Source: Chiloscyllium plagiosum | Lineage: Eukaryota | Direction: 5' to 3' | Length of the DNA: 64,000 bases | NCBI RefSeq assembly: GCF_004010195.1 | Contig: NC_057719.1 | Span: forward strand, 34,387,281 to 34,451,280 | In this document: positions 63,050-64,000 of the stretch, piece after piece | Position numbering within the stretch: position 1 is the stretch's first letter | Layout: every line of letters starts with the position of its first letter | Made by a program: the position numbers and the translations under genes | The notes under the pieces: model-generated | The model's input: only the letters and a program-made list of their open reading frames with translations | Told to the model about the DNA's origin: nothing | The model's database searches: none

Positions 63050-64000
63050 ATTAACCAACAGATTTCATAGAAAACCATAATGGATGGTTATAACAAGTCA
63101 ATTTTTTTCTTTCTTAACTACTGGAGTTACATTAGATCATATATGACTATTTTGCAGAGGTAACAGTGGAGAAAATGTCAATGTTCACCATAATTAATAC
63201 GGAAACTGTTAACAACATTGGAAGTTGACACAGTTAAATAAGGAAATTCACAAGTCACTGTTAGTGACACTACCTTTCTTCACTGGTGTCATAGGGTCAA
63301 TTACTTTTGTGTAGGTGGTAATGTATCAAACAGAGTTACTTTCTGGATAGTTAATGCATTAGTTGTCCAAGGAGTCAAATCCTTACTTATGTCATTTTAG
63401 CAATTTAAATCTGTGACATAGATTGAATTGTAATACTGAATTTGTAGACTATTTATTCCATCAGTTAAACATATTTTCAAATGATACAACCTAGTCCACC
63501 ATATACTCAATGTTTAACTTAGACATTGCTAATTATGATTCTTAAATGATAAACAATGGCTGGTGCATTACTTGTTTCCTGACTCGTTTTGAAGCTTTGG
63601 CGAGAATGTATTACTTTATTCACTGAACAGCTTGTGTGTATCAGAATTGGAGCTTGGTGAGATAAATGTTAATAAATCTGAAATGTTTAATGTAAAAGAG
63701 CTTAGCAAGCCTAATATTAGTATCATGACTGGTTTGTAAATCCTATAGAGTTCTTTGATGCTTGATTAAAGAGAAGCATTTCAGAATCTGACTGCGGCTT
63801 TGATAAATATTCATCAGAGCACGAGTCGAAGCTGTTGTACTTGTTCTGATGACTTAAATACGATACTTCCTCAGAGAAGGTTAAAAAAAGACCATTTCTT
63901 ATTACATTACCCAGGGAAGCATGCGTGTCCCAATTTTTGATTCTTGTCTTCATTAAGCATTTAGTAAATGTAATCAAAAAGAATACTGTTCTCCTTGTTG
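63050..64000 (-). pseudogene. Large exon remnant, continuing beyond the right window edge
   Basis: Frame open from the edge to 63723 (HASLGNVIRNGLFLTFS...FNQASKNSIGFTNQS), then many stops; resembles the 22937-23489 segment. Confidence 0.45.

Overview
Repeat-rich, gene-poor vertebrate genomic DNA, very probably from a shark (HE1/V-SINE-like SINEs, abundant CR1 LINEs, Penelope-like elements; the taxon is inferred from repeat content). Positions 1-9815 are a 39-bp tandem array with two assembly gaps, ending in a Tigger/pogo-like DNA-transposon terminus; its long ORFs are repeat artefacts. The rest is a patchwork of CR1, Rex1/Babar, Gypsy, Harbinger and Penelope-like (PLE) remnants. No intact protein-coding gene is supported. 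Two hidden layers stand out. (1) The unique DNA between repeats holds about 12-13 minus-strand, splice-signal-bounded segments that translate, through stops, frameshifts and TE insertions, into a recurring [HQ]-x4-L-x3-G-[LIF]-P-like motif. This looks like a decayed large multi-exon gene, tentatively a vitellogenin/apoB-like LOC400499-type protein, running off the right edge. (2) At least 8 minimal hammerhead-ribozyme cores with co-varying helix II occur in PLE terminal repeats, several inside short palindromic, TSD-flanked non-autonomous inserts. All calls were made by eye without database searches, and TE boundaries are approximate.
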